Source of the DNA: the human T2T-CHM13v2.0 reference genome, Homo sapiens
Strand: one strand, 5' to 3'
DNA: 64,000 nt
NCBI RefSeq assembly: GCF_009914755.1
Contig: NC_060940.1
The position numbers were made by a program, and so were the translations under genes. A model generated the notes under the pieces. The model searched no databases, was not told the origin of the DNA, and saw nothing but the letters and a program-made list of their open reading frames with translations. Positions 37,096 to 51,230 of the stretch are shown in pieces. The number at the start of each line of letters is the position of its first letter. The first letter of the stretch is position 1.

Positions 37096-38479
37096 GATAA
37101 AAAAGACCACTTTCTTCCAATGCTTAAAAGATGTTAACAGAAAGAGAGCAAAGCAACAACAAGAAAGAAGGAACCCTAAGTATGTTCATCGAGCTACTCA
37201 CAGAAAACAGAAAATATGATTACAACATAAAGTGATAATTTCCATAAAAGAAAAAGTTACATGAGCACATACAAGAGGGAATAACATTTGAGGAATCTCT
37301 TGAAGGATGGGTAGGAGTTTTTTAGAAAGGGGTGGGGAAGCAAAAAGATTTTGCTTTTCATTTAAAGTTATGATAGCCAACATTTACCTTTTAGAGGTGC
37401 TCAAAAGGCCCACTGTACCTTTGGCTTCATAGCTGTAGAAATCGGGCATTTTCCAAAAAAAAGGCAGTGACGGTGCCTCACATCTGGCCACAGGCATCTC
37501 TCGGCAGCATGCAGGTCATCTAGGGCAAGTCTCTGTAAAGGCCTTTCTCTCTGGTGTTGCATTTGCGTATTCATATGTCTGCATACAAACACCAAGTCTG
37601 CTGTTAGTGGTGTCATAACTTTGCAAAAGGAAGAAAACATGGCTAACGGTAAAATGAGTTATGCCTTTATAAAACATTTTCAATGACAGAACTTGCTCCC
37701 CTCTGAGTGCTTTTTGAGGATCAGTAATCATAAACTGTGGCTTTGCCAGGAGGTGCTGTCGAAGATTGTGTGGACATTCTTTCAGCAAAATCATCTGGCA
37801 TGTGTGATTGCTTCTATTTATTCAATACTAAAGAACAGAAGATTGAGTTTTATGAGAGAGAGAAAAATGCACATTCCACATAGAGATTGGATAAATTTCA
37901 TTGTTTAGAGTGTTTTTATTGCCACAAAGTAATCTTCTGATTGCTAGGTGAGTAATCCTGTAGTTACAAAAACAATCAATTAATTGATCTAAATTAATCG
38001 GATAACATATTTTAGCCTGCTAAGCATGAAGGCATATTTCAAGTAACTTTCCAGATAAAGGAGGTATTGAACCTTTTCAGCCACCAGCCAGGGACAGTGA
38101 CACAGATTCTAGTATCAAATGCTGATTCTCAAATTAACAAATGCTGGAATTACTATGAGAAAGGCATGGACTAGGGAGTCATGAAGTCCTCCCCCTTTTG
38201 TTATACAGGAAGCTTCTAAGCTGCCTGTCCCACTGTTCCTCCAGCTCTTTTGTCCCAGGCTTGGCCCTACTGGGAAGGAGACTTCCCTAACTTCTGGGCT
38301 ACCCCTCCCTTTCCCTACCTCTAGCCACACTGTGTTTCAGGGAGGGCAACATGGGAGACAGAGGAAATTAAGACACCTGCATGAAAGTTGACAGAGTTAC
38401 CCAAGAGGAGATGCCACTGGGCAGGGACTGGAGAGCACTCAAGGGAAGGGAGGCAAGTCCGTCCTTTCTCCTCCTTTCT

Positions 38480-38690
38480 TCTTCAAAATGTATTGAATGC
38501 CTATGCTTTTCCAGGCAGTTTTTAGGCACTTGGAATACATCAATGAATAAATACGGCAAAGATCCCTATGCTTGTAGAACTGACATTCTAGCAGAAGAGA
38601 CAACTAATATATAAATAAGTCACATAGTATTTTAGAAGGTGATATATGCAATGGGAATAGAAAAAGCAGAGCCGAATGAGGGCTAGATGG
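38480..38690 (-). mobile_element. L2a 3' end
   Basis: tgtattgaatgcctatg...ttaggcacttggaatacatcaatgaataaa..gcaaagatccct. Confidence 0.75.
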
Positions 38691-38769
38691 ATGCTGGGAT
38701 CCTAGGTGGAGCAACTGGCTACTGTTAAAATTTATCTGAGAAGTGGTTCCGAGAGACAGCGGCAGCAGT

Positions 38770-39050
38770 AGAGGAGAACACAGCAGTCAGACGAGCCAGG
38801 AGGGTTCCTGGCTGTTCCCTGCACATGTCATTAATGTGAACACTCACCAGCATCTCTTAGCTCCTTCATCTTTAAAACAGGGATAAGGATATCTGCAATG
38901 TGGGGAAGTGGGAATGATTAAATATCATTGATTTGTTTTTACTGCTCCTCTTTAAAATGACAGCATCACCACAAAGGAGATGAAATAGTCAATAGTGAAT
39001 GGAAAGCACCAAGCACAGAGACTGGCACACAATGGGTACTGAGTACACGT
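38770..39050 (+). mobile_element. MIR (fragmented)
   Basis: ccttcatctttaaaacaggggataag...aaagcaccaagcacagagactggcacacaat. Confidence 0.55.
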
Positions 39051-39084
39051 TTACGTTGGTACTCATAAAAGACCAGGAAGAGCT

Positions 39085-39305
39085 TATATGTGGTGCCCTG
39101 GTAATGCCTCAGATACTGTTCTAAATGCTTCATGGATATTAGCACATTTAATCCTTACAACCCTTTGGGGTAGGAACTAATTTATGTCCATTTTACAGGT
39201 AATGAAACTGAGGCACAGAGAATTTAAGTAACCTCCCCACAGTTTTATAATTGGTTAGTGGTGGAGGCAGGATTTGAACACAGGCATCCTGCTTCTGGAA
39301 CTGCA
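39085..39305 (-). mobile_element. MIR
   Basis: catttaatccttacaac...ccattttacaggtaatgaaactgaggcacagaga...gcaggatttgaac. Confidence 0.88.
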
Positions 39306-41250
39306 CTGCAGTTATTTTTAGAGCCCAGGCTATGGAAAGAAACCATTCATTTATTCACGGAACACATTTTTATTGATTATCTGCTACATGACAGGTCTGT
39401 GATCAGCACTAAGGCTATAGAAATGAAAGACATAGACAGGGTTCCTCCCCCAAAACATTCTTGATGTAAATGTGAGACTCACACTATAACCACCCTAAGG
39501 ATTTTGGTCTGAAAAGACATTCTTTATTAAGGATTATACATTTATGTCCTGGATTTCCTAGATCTGGCCCTGAAGGTAAATATTCCATTTTCTTATTGGA
39601 GTATAACAACCAACGTTTGACTGCAAAAAATGTGGTAGATTATTTTCATTCATATGAATATGCCTGCCCTTTTCTCTGGTGGAGTCTGGCCCGGTAAGTC
39701 TGTGGGACCTGCCTCTACCAATGAGGGGTAGAGCTTGGTGACTTTTAACAATGATCTCCTCATTAGATGAGGCCATCAGTTACAGCGGAAATGATCATTA
39801 TTGGAAAGCTGGAGACCAGCTGCTGTCAGAGAGGGATGGGCTCCTGTGGAAGCTTGCAAACTGATGACTACTTAATCCTTGAACTTCAGCAGCAACAACA
39901 TTAGCTGAAGGTCTGTAATGCATTCACAGTTCTCATCTGACATTTTCCCCACATCATTATTTTTCTGGTTTTACTTTTAAATTCCCTATAGGACCATTGA
40001 CATGAAATTCTGAGGGGGAATTTGGAACATTAATGACTGTTTAAGGCAAATGAGTAAGTGTTCTTTCCAAGAGGAAATTGTCTTTATAATATTGGCATAA
40101 GGCTATTTTTAAAATTTATACTAATGAGACGATTCGAGGCAGATAACTGAATTTCCCAGGCTTGAAGTTGGCCTATGCCCCTTGGTGAATTCAGCCTTAG
40201 GGTGAGCTCTGTGGGGCCTTGCAAGTCTGGCTCTAGATGCAAGAGATCTGCCCTATCCACATTCCTTCTTTCCATAATTGGTTAGAGCCTTGACCATTCA
40301 AACCTGGGCTTGGATGTTGGGCTTACAAGTGGCACAGACAGTCATGGAGCTTGCTGACTACAAGGGAAGAAAGACTTTATCAAATAACACTACTTATGGA
40401 TGTCTCAACTACAAACATGAATCAATGACTTGAAAGAAGGAGAGTAATATTCCCTGACCTTAAACAATAAAGGACTATGACCCTGTTTGGGGACTGGGGA
40501 TGGTCATTGAGGGCTCCCCTAAAAATAAATACTTGCTCTGAACCTCAAATGAAGTGTAGGATTTAGAAAGGCAAGGGGCCAGGTGAAAGAAAATGGTTTC
40601 AGGAGGAGGGAAGAACAAGGGCTTGAAGGAATGTATGGTCCCCTTGGACCATCTATGCTTCCTAATCCTGGGGATTGCACCTCCAGTGATATAAGAATGT
40701 GTGGCAAAGGGAACCAGGTTCCTCACTGACTTTGTTCCCATCCATAGAACCAAAAGGGTCTTCCTTAGTAATGCCTATGGCTATTGGGTATTGAGTTCTT
40801 ACTACAGGATAGACCCTGCTCCAAGGACTTTGTGTGAATTAACTTATTTGACCTCGACAGACATTTGCCTCACCCCACTGAAACAAGTGACATTAACAGC
40901 AATCAAAAGATTACCCGGGGACACAAGGCTATGTAATACAGCAATATATGCAATATAAAAAAATAAATAAAACTTGAATGCTTCCAAATGTCTATCAAAA
41001 GAACACAGGTTGAATAAACAATGGAATGTCTACACAAATGAGTACTGTGGAGCTCTAAAAGGGAATGAGGAATAGGGCTATAGGCTATTTGGGATAATGT
41101 TCGGATATATTTTTAAGGTAGAAAAAGTAAGATGGAGAAAATTGTGTGTTATATTACTGCCTGTCTTTGGGGGGATGCACATTCACATACAAATTTACTT
41201 TTTTAAAAAATAAAAGTTAGGTTAAATCATTTTTTTAAAAAAATAGTTAC

Positions 41251-42122
41251 TGTTCCAGTTATCTTTTTTCTTTGTATAAACAGGGTCTCATTCTGTCACT
41301 CAGGCTGGAGTGCAGTGGTGCGATCAAAGCTCACTGTAGCCTTCACCTTCTGCTCAAGAGATCCTCCTGCCTTAGCCTTCTGAATAGCTGAGACTACAGG
41401 TGTGCACCGCCACACCTGGCTAATTTTTAATTTTTCTGTAGAAATTGGGTCTCCCTGTGTTACCCAGGTTAGTCTTGAACTTCTGGGCTCAAGCCATCCT
41501 CCCACCTTGGCCTCCCAAAGTGCTGAGATTATAGGCATAAGCCACCATGCCCAGTCTATCTACTTATTTTGAAGCAAATTAGTGCCTTAAAATGTCAACA
41601 CCATTTTATTATCGTCTCTCACAGTGTAGGGATTGTCTGGGCTCCGCTAGGTGGATCTCAGGGTTTCTGATGGGCTTGCAGTCAGTGGCCGAGGCTGGAG
41701 TCATCTGGAAGTGCGCTCGCTCATAGACCTGGGTGTGGAACAGAGAGACAAACCTCTGAGGGTTGAGGCTGGAACTGCTAAGGCTGCCTTGACATCTCTC
41801 TATGGTCTCTGCAGCACCAAGGCTTACAGGTAGCTGTATGTTTTACAAGTTGGCCTGAGGCTCCAAAGATGCCTATTCCAAGAGAGAGGCTGGACAAGCT
41901 GTACTACCTTTTATGACTTAGTGTCAGAAGGCACACAGTGTCACCTTTGCCACATTTCTTTTTTTCTTGGCAGATAATAAGGCCCACCCAGGTTCAAGAA
42001 AAGTGGGGCAGCAGGGGAAGGGGATGGACTTTACCTCCTAGTGAGAAGATGATAAGGTCTGGAAGAGGAGGTATGGCAAAAAATATTGCTGTGGCCGTTA
42101 CTAGAATATATAATCTGACGCA
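41251..42122 (-). mobile_element. MLT1F-like MaLR solo LTR containing an AluJ
   Basis: TG...CA ends; perfect 5-bp TSD GTTAC at 41246-41250 and 42123-42127; ggctggagtcatctg; aatattgctgtggcc...aatctgacgca. Confidence 0.8.
41264..41556 (-). mobile_element. AluJ
   Basis: cagggtctc, agctcactgtagcc, gggctcaagccatcctccc J-type diagnostics. Confidence 0.92.
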
Positions 42123-44301
42123 GTTACCTAAAGTGAAAAGCGTGAAATAAAGGCTGAAGAGATAGGGAAAAAAAGTCACATTTAAAAAAAAAGTTGTTTC
42201 ATGAATTTGAAAACAAAATGAAATAAAAAGCCTATTCTAAAATTCAAAAGTCAGAGAAACAATTGAACCTAAGTGTGTACTCAAGATGCTGGCATAACCA
42301 CTTGATAGGAACTACCCCTAGTTATTTTAAAACGCAGTTATTTGACTCTGTCCATTAAAGACAATTGAAAACCAAAAACCAAAACAACTGCAAAGGGAAA
42401 TCTTAAAGTATTTTCAATAATACTGCTTTTGGAGGTAGTGTTGGTATATTTATTGTTATATAAAATATAGTATAATATTGTGTGTATTGAAAGATAAATG
42501 TATATGTTAATTTGGAGAACTAGAATATTGAAGTATGGGAGGAAGAAGATGCAGATATAAGACCAGCGAGATTAATTTAAAATGCTAGAGAATTGGAAGT
42601 GGGATTATACATATGAATTTATTAGGTGTTTTATCTTAGAAATTCATGTATTCTCTTTCTACTAAAAAGCCCTAGAAACAGTGACCAACCCAATAGCAAT
42701 AAACTTCCTTAGCAAATAGATTATGGTCACTAGTGATCATTTTCTAGCAAAAGAAACCAAGCTGTCTTGAGAAAATGATTGAGTTTATATTTGAGGCAGG
42801 AAATAAACAAGAAGAATCTGTAAAATCTTGTCATACCAAGAAGCAGAGAGGCTATGAGATGTCATTAGGGTCATGTCATTTAAAGAAGCCAGTATGAGTA
42901 GCTCAAAGATGAGATAATTTGAGCCTCAAAACAAAATAAGTGATTTCAATGGATTTAAATACACTAAATCTGTTTAAATACATAAGTTCATAATGATAGG
43001 GGAAAACAAAATTATTTATAGGTTACCTTACAAAGATGATAGAAACCATCTCATTATTTTAGAAACGGAAAGGAAAAAAAAACATAAACAACTATCCTGC
43101 CTTTGTTTTCAGAATTCCTTGTAGAAATAATTAACTAGTGGATGAAGAGAGTTTCTCTTTCTAGGTAATAAGCAACGAAAAAATGGCAGAATTAGAATAT
43201 AATGAATTTGCAGTTCTTACTAAATTAATATATCTAGGCAGTAACCATCAATAAAAAGAAAGACCATATGACATTTGTATGTCCTGAAGTAAGTTCACAA
43301 CGCCATCTAGTCTTGAGCCAAAAATACTGCACCTGAATCTGATCCAGCCTCCAGGATGTATCTATTTATAGGAAACACAGTGGACAGGCGAACATGTTAA
43401 ATGACACCACAGAGATGCAATCTGCGAACTTCCACTGTGGAAACAATCCAAATGATTCAACACGATGTTGCAAAGACAAAAGAATTATACATGAACAGGA
43501 GGCTGGATGAATTAAAAAACATAAGAGATGTATCAATCATAATCTTTGGTTCTAATTTGGATTCTGATTTAAAAATAGACTGCAAAAAAATTTGTTAGAA
43601 TAATATGAACAAAGACTAGATGTTTGCTGCCATTTAGAAATTCTCATTAGTATTTGTTCAGTTATGATAATGCATGGTGCTTCTGTTAAAAAAATACTTT
43701 TAATCTTTTACAGATACCTTCTAAATATTTATAGATGAAATCATATGATATCTAGAATTTTCTTTAAGACAATCTGTGGAAGGGGTGAGTGGATGTGTGC
43801 TCAGGTGAGCTAATGGTAGCCATGAGTTTAATATTGAGGTTGAGCGATGGATACAGAGAAGTTCATCATACGAATCTCTCCACTTTGATGTTTTCTTGAA
43901 CTCTCCAATACTAAAAATTTAGCCAAAAAAATTAACAGGGGCAACGAACTTTCTTCTTTTTCCAAGGGCTTTTTATCGATGATTTTAAGAAAATGGTCAG
44001 ACAGCGCAGGCGTGTTTTACCTTAGTCCTTCCAAAGCAGTAAGGTGCACCCACTTCTCAGCCACCCTCCCTGACTTTGTTTTCACAACCCGAATTCACCA
44101 GGAAAATACCAGGAGTCTGCTTTGTATTGTGCCATCTTTTAAATAATGCCTCACTTTCTAGTAGCAAAGTACCTCATTCTTTTTCTTGATACTTCAAAAA
44201 AACAAAATGAAACAAGAACTTCTCATTAGCTGAAAGTGTTTTTATCTAGTGAGAACTGAAATCTTCTTGGCTTATTTCCTCTTAGATCTAAACAATATTA
44301 A

Positions 44302-44918
<617 letters not shown>

Positions 44919-46701
44919 CAACAAATATTTTTAAGATGCATTGTCTACTAACAGGAGATGCCTCTGATTCTGAAGTACTTTGCGATAAACAGCCACACAA
45001 TAGCCAAATGAAATCTTGAAATCAGAGGGTTGCTTTCTCATGAAGTTAGACTGCTTGAGAATTGCAGTGGCTTCTATATGGCAGGTGCTTAAATTGTCCA
45101 AGTTGAAATTCTAATTTTTATAATGAGTAGGGATGAGTGCATGAAATGGTTGTGTGTTTTTTTATTTCCTACATACAATATCGAATTCAATCCCAAACTT
45201 GAAGCATTGATGTAATTGAAACATGTTGGTAATTTTAAATCGTGCAGTTCTGTACATGATCAGAATCCTAATCATTATTAAAATAGGTGTTTCTATTATA
45301 TGCATATGTATAAAAAGTCCTCCAAAATGTTAAATTACCTTTCTCATCTCAGGAATAGAGTCCCAATCACTTCCAGATTGAAGCACTTACGGGGGGAAAA
45401 GGCGAAGGGCTCCAGTAATTTTAAATTGCTTCGTACAATGAAGAGTGCCTGTAAATTACTGAATGTGGTAATTTGTTCCATAAGCTTTTTTGATTTGTAA
45501 GTAACTTAGTGGATTTGCTGGTGAAACAGTTTGGCAGGTTCCTCAGATAATTTAGAGATATTGAGCATAGACATCTAAATGTGATTAAAATGTGGTATTA
45601 GCAGACATTGACCACAGGAAGGGTGAGGCAGGTTTTCAAGTTACAGCAGCTAGAGAAGCTGAGAAAGACTACAGTCGACTCTCAGGGGACTTGGGAAAGG
45701 TACTAAGAATGCACAATTGAGCTAATTACAGGAAAATGCCACACGGCTGGCTTTGGAAGAATTCATCCAGCCCCTGGCATGTTTTGCTTATCCTCTGCCT
45801 GATGATAAAATAGGGGTTATTTCTATCAGTGGACACATTTGGCCCATATCTTAATTCAGGCAACACAGCCTTAGCCTTGTTCTGCTAGTGCTAATTATTT
45901 TTTTGAAAAATAATACTGTTAATATAGTAAAATGTAGTTGTTGGACTCTTAGAAATGGATAAAGTTTAGGTTTGTAATTTCCCAGACAGAGAGAGAGTGG
46001 CATAAGCATCGTGTGAATTCCCTTCTAATAGGATGTCTTCATCTTTACTATTTTGCATAATAATGTATTGTTTGGCCATAAGAGGGATTTAGGTACTGGA
46101 TCTAGAGGCATTGGGTGTCTTTAAGGTATGAAGGGGTCAAGCAAATGTCTGCCACTCACAGAGTGAGGGAGGTGGAGCCAGAGGTTCTGAACAAAGAACC
46201 TCACCAAATGATGGGGAGAGGCTGTGATGCATTTCATGAGGCAGTGATGATGTGAGTCTTGGGCTCTGTAAGTGAGGGTGCATAGAAGAGTAGGTCCCGC
46301 CCTTTTTAGGAGTATACTGTGGACTAGAGTCAATCTGTAGACAAAGCTAGGCTAACTTCCTACTGGGCAACGTCTGACCCCTTTCATCTTTGACCTCAAG
46401 AAAGTCACTATTGTTGGTAAAGTGAGGAAGGACATGGAACCTCTGGGGAGAATCTGACCTAAAATGGCTTCATAAAGATTCTCAGCATGAATGCCCTTTT
46501 TTACTTGATGAAAATAGACCTGATAGTGGTTGGGTTATTTGAGCAGAACAATAATGGTAAAGGGAAAATAGTAGTGAGATTTATGGTGTAGGATGGTCAG
46601 ATGTGGTATGAGTATGACACGGAGCCAGAAGTGCCTGGTCATTCACTGATTTGTCACACTAATGGAGTTAGAATACTCTACCTTGCAAGGCAGAGTAGGA
46701 G

Positions 46702-46814
46702 TAGAGTATCCAGTCATCCTGGTTTGCCCAATTCTGTCCCACTTTTGACACAGAGAGTCTCACACTCCGGGAAACCTCTCAGTTCTAGACAAACAGAGAC
46801 AGTTGGTCATCCTA
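46702..46814 (-). mobile_element. MER81-like hAT-Blackjack MITE
   Basis: ~113 bp; catcctggtttgccc...ccgggaaacctctcag...gttggtcatccta. Confidence 0.75.
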
Positions 46815-47099
46815 TTATGAGAGGTTAGAGAGGAAGCACTTTCTGGATGGGTTGAGTCTGATGGGCTCTGTTGTATTTGATTAGACAGCTTTCTATGAGA
46901 TCAAGGTTTTCAATACCATCACAGAACCATTTCTGGAGCTGTGTTGAGGAAGAGAGGGCAAGGGTTAGAGAAAAGCTTGGGCCGCAGCATTGCCTCTGCC
47001 ATGAAGACTCTTTACGTCTGTTTCACACACAGTCAGCCCTTCGTATCCACAGGCTCCACATCTGCGGATTCAATGAACTATGGATCAAAAGTATCCTCT

Positions 47100-47401
47100 G
47101 GCCGAGTGTGGTGGCTCACGCCTGTAATCCCAAGACTTTGGGAGGCCAAGGCAAACAGATGACTTGAGGCCAGGAGTTCAATACTAGCCTGGCCAACATA
47201 GTGAAACCCCAATTCACTAAAAATAGAAACCTCAGCTAGGAGTGTTGGCGGGCACCTGTAATCCCACCTAATCCCAGCTACTCAGGTGGCTGAGGCATGA
47301 GAATTGCTTGATCCCGGGAGGCAGAGGTTGCAGTGAGATCACACCACTGCACTCCAGCCTGGGCAACAGAATGAGGGCCTGTCTAAAATAAAAATAAAAA
47401 T
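47100..47401 (+). mobile_element. Alu (old S/J type) inside MER2
   Basis: ggccgagtgtggtggctcacgcc...cttgaggccaggagttc; (TAAAAA)n tail. Confidence 0.92.
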
Positions 47402-47410
47402 AGATGTGTT

Positions 47411-47480
47411 TGTGTGTGTGTGTGTGTGTATATATATATGTATACACAAACATATATATATACATATATACACACACACA
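47411..47480. repeat. (TG)n(TA)n(CA)n compound microsatellite
   Basis: Directly visible. Confidence 0.92.
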
Positions 47481-48739
47481 TTCAAAGAAAAAATAATACA
47501 AATAAAAATACAGTACAACTATTTTCATAGCATTTACATTCTATTAGGTATTATATAAGTAATCTAGAAATAATTTAAAGTATACAGGAGGATATGTATA
47601 GATTATATGCGAATACTATGCCATTTTACATAGGGTATTTTGGTATTTGAGAAAAATCCTGGAATCAGTCCCTCACAGATACCAAGGGACAATTGTGCTA
47701 ACCTTTTAGATAAAGTTTCATAGACCAGAGACTTCCACAGTGAACACAAGATTAGATACCTTAGGCTAGAGCGATGGGTTTTAGAAAAAAGGTGGACACA
47801 TGGAATTCATGGATATGAAACAATACATTGTCCAGAAGTAAGGGTGGTCCATGGAGACTGGTTGGAGTGGGGTGGGAGAACCTTTTCTTCATCAGAGTCA
47901 AGTCATTCTGGGTTGGCAATATATATACATGAGTGGACTGGAGAGACTGAGGAGGCACAAGTCGAGGAGGAACACATCTTTTATTTTGACTTAATTTTCT
48001 TTTTATCCCCTCTCCTTCTGCCCCAGGGTTCTTCTCCGTGTGGATCACATTAAGGGAGCGTATAACCTTTCATACCGCCTGACTAGGATGATGGATGTGG
48101 AAATACACACTTTGGGAGCCCTGTCTGCTTGCCTGTTAAGCCATTGACTGTTATATACTCTTGGGCTTGAAACACCTTCCAGGCTGGAGGGGCCAGTATT
48201 GCATTTACTTTTATCCCATTTCTGTTTTCACGGCTACCCAAGAGGAAATAATTTGATTTGGGGCTGCAGGGGGTAGGGTGGAAAAGTGCAGTCGGAAGAC
48301 AGAGAAAATCAGCAAGAAGATTACTGAAAGGGAAAGAGGGGGAAACCAACCAGCTATATATTTCCTGCAACATGAGTTAATGAAATTCCGTTCCTTCTTA
48401 CACAGCTGTATTCGGTTTGTTTTACATTGTTTGGTATGTGAAAGGATTTGGCTTTGCGTTACAGAACTAATTGCTTACTAGATATTACATGGATATCAAA
48501 ATACTTTATAAATATTAATTAATCTTCACCTAATTCCCTGGCAAGCACAAATAACCAGTGGCATATTTATTGAATGTGTAAGCAATAATCTGATTCTTAA
48601 AGATTTGTTTTCTCTGCTGAAGCTTTCTCATCATTTCCATTTGTCAAAATGCCTCATCTCCTTTGAGGACCATATCAGATGGTACTTCCATAACAATTGT
48701 TAGGAAAATAGTAATAAAGACGATGTTTAGAGTAACCAA

Positions 48740-48960
48740 CATTATTATTTGCTGAACTTTCTTCCTTTGCCAAGCTCTTGAGTAAACATTTCATAGATAT
48801 ATCTCATTTAATCCTACAGCAGTCCTACAATAAAAATGTTATTGTTACTACTTTTTTTTCCCCCAGATGAGGGAGCAAAGTTTTTGAAAGCTGAATGGTG
48901 GCAGGGCTGGGATCCATAGCCCATTCTGTCCACGTGTGAAACTTATAATAAAAGCCACTA
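48740..48960 (-). mobile_element. MIR
   Basis: atctcatttaatcctacagcag...cagatgaggg...tggtggcagggctgggat. Confidence 0.65.
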
Positions 48961-49014
48961 TCTTGCCCCTTTTCTGATTCACACTACAGGGAGGACACTT
49001 GGTACTTATCAATA

Positions 49015-49500
49015 ACTCCATTCATTTATCTATTCAAAAATATGTGTTTGAATGCAAGTACTATTAGAGGTACTGTGCTAGGCTCTGTTATGACATACCT
49101 GGTGTTGACTCTTGAGTAGGGATTACAGAGTTGAGCATCTTTTCTCTCCTGAGATTCATCATGGTCCCCATGGGCAGTGAACAGTGTTGTTGTCACACTA
49201 TGAAATGGGTATAGTGCCTGGCACAATGACCATTTCTTGAACAAATGGGGAGTGATACAGTGAAAGTAAAAAGAGGATCTACAGTGTCGTTTGCTTGTGA
49301 ATGGTGAGGGGTGGGAGCGCTTAGAAGATGTAAGGATGTGCTCTCTTCTTTCCTCACACTCATCTTATTTGTAATGACATTAATTTGTGTTCTTACCTGC
49401 TCAGTGTCTTCTCAGTTTGACATGCCATGATGGCATGGACTATGTCTGTTTCTTCTAGCGCTTCATAGCTGTATTGACACATGTTTGTTGAATAGACCAA
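49015..49500. mobile_element. Cluster of L2 3'-end fragments in both orientations
   Basis: ttcatttatctattcaaaaatatgtgtttgaatg (-); tagtgcctggcacaat...ttgaacaaatg and tgtttgttgaat (+). Confidence 0.5.
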
Positions 49501-49807
49501 TACCTTGTTTTATGCATAAAAGAAGGCCAGTAAAAATAGTCTTACATGCATATTACCATGACCGTGAAAATAATCCCACCCTGGGCATAGCCTGGCTCTT
49601 GTTTGAAATGTGTGGTACTTCTATGTGACAAGATATAGAATAAGTCATTGGAAGAAAAACTGTCCTATTACTATATTTTATATAAAAGTGTATCTTGTGT
49701 TATAATGGGCCTGGTATACAGAGGGTGCTTAGCAAATCTTCCGCAGAGCTGAAACTGAGCTGAAGCTACGGCCCCCTTCTCTGCTTGCTCTCCTTTATTC
49801 TCTAGAG

Positions 49808-49972
49808 TGCTGCTTCCCAATGCGTGGTCCATGGACCAAGCAGCTTCAGCATCACCTGAGCACTTGTCAGAAATGCAGCACCTAGGCGCCGCACCAGACC
49901 TGTTGAATAGGAATCTACATTTTCACAAGATTCCAGATGATTTGCATACACAGTGGCATTTGAGAAGCATTA
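49808..49972 (+). mobile_element. MER5A/MER5A1 (hAT-Charlie MITE)
   Basis: gtggtccatggacc..gcagcttcagcatcacctg...ttgtcagaaatgcag...tttgagaagca. Confidence 0.88.
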
Positions 49973-51183
49973 ATCCAGGGGCTTCTTTGCAGTCAGTGAT
50001 GGTGATTTGCCAATCATTAGCATTTCAGAAACCCCAGGCCGAAACCATACATTTATCCTTAGCTAGGTCGGTATCAAGTTTCTCTGCTTTCATCCAGAAT
50101 CCTAACAATTCAGCTTGGTTGATTATCTAAGAAGCTTCTATTTGATAATTATATATCTTTCATTTTTTTTAAAGTGCTGGGGGTTGGGAGATCCTGGGAA
50201 ATGGCATAACTATTGCTTAATAAATGCAGTTTGCTTGGAAGACCAAAATCTTTCAAGTAATGAGAAGCAGCAAAGGAAACAACTCCAACAATGACACAAA
50301 GATTTCCTGACAATAAAGGGGCTGAGGTGAGGACCCCAGCTGTGGACCACACTACCCGAAGAGAACCAACAACCAAATCAATATCCAAAAAATAACAATA
50401 ACGTCCAGGTCATTTCACTTATGAGACAGAAGAGGTAAAACAAATTCTCAGATACAAATATTTCTGCTGCTCCACATTGTTCCATGGGGCCAGGATTGTG
50501 AAGTCAATCTTCCTAATGATTAATGGAATTTCTCACCTTTTGTTCAAATGACTTGGCCCCTTTGGTTTTTAAATGACATCTAAGGGCAAAACAGACCCAA
50601 GACTTTGTGGAATGACTTTCCAGGAAACAACCATATCTAGGTAAACCCATGCTCACAGGTTCCCTCTGTTAATGGTGAAATTACATCAAGGATGACCTTT
50701 TGAAAGAATAAAACTCATTATCACATGGAATATGATAGCTGTAAAAGAGCAACGCTTGGAAGCCAAAGCAAAGTCCCGCATATGATAAATTAATTAGAAT
50801 AGAAGTTACATAAAACCTCGACCTTCTGTGTGACCCTTATCTTATAATTACCTCTTCTTTAAAAGCAGAATGAAATATTTTATGTATGAAGATGTTACTG
50901 TTGACCCTAAATGCATTAAGAGTCAAGGAGACATTTTTCACGTATTGAAAATAAGATTTGATTGAGTGCTTGCAAGTGGCCTAGTGAAATCTCATTAAAC
51001 CACTGTTTAATACTTTATAAATGGCAGAATATTAACCATTAATTATGAACATGAAACCAGTTTGAAAATAAGTTTTGCAATATCTAAGCTTGATTTTCAA
51101 CCCTTATTAATGCATTGTCTTTTTCATAGTTTTCAGTGTTTTACAGCAAGTAGGTACTTACGACTTAGGTGTGACTTTTCATC

Positions 51184-51230
51184 TCTTCTTCCTCCTCCTC
51201 CTTCTCTCCTTCCTCCTTCTCATCCTCCTT
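51184..51230. repeat. (CCT)n simple repeat
   Basis: cttcctcctcctccttctctccttccttct. Confidence 0.75.

Larger units (their letters stand above)
40935..43930 (+). mobile_element. L1MC4/5-like 3' region (40935-41250 and 42123-43930), interrupted by MLT1F and AluJ
   Basis: caaatgtctatcaa...ttgaataaacaatgg; cctgaatctgatccagcct; gatgaaatcatatgatatctagaattttctttaa; gatggatacag..gttcat. Confidence 0.75.
47030..47695 (-). mobile_element. MER2 (Tigger MITE) interrupted by Alu and microsatellite
   Basis: cagtcagcccttcgtatccac...atctgcggattcaa; catagcatttacatt..ttaggtatt; gataccaagggacaattg. Confidence 0.85.

Noticed and set aside
38770-39305. Inverted MIR pair as a dsRNA substrate
   Set aside because: The copies are too diverged and fragmented to form a stable duplex.
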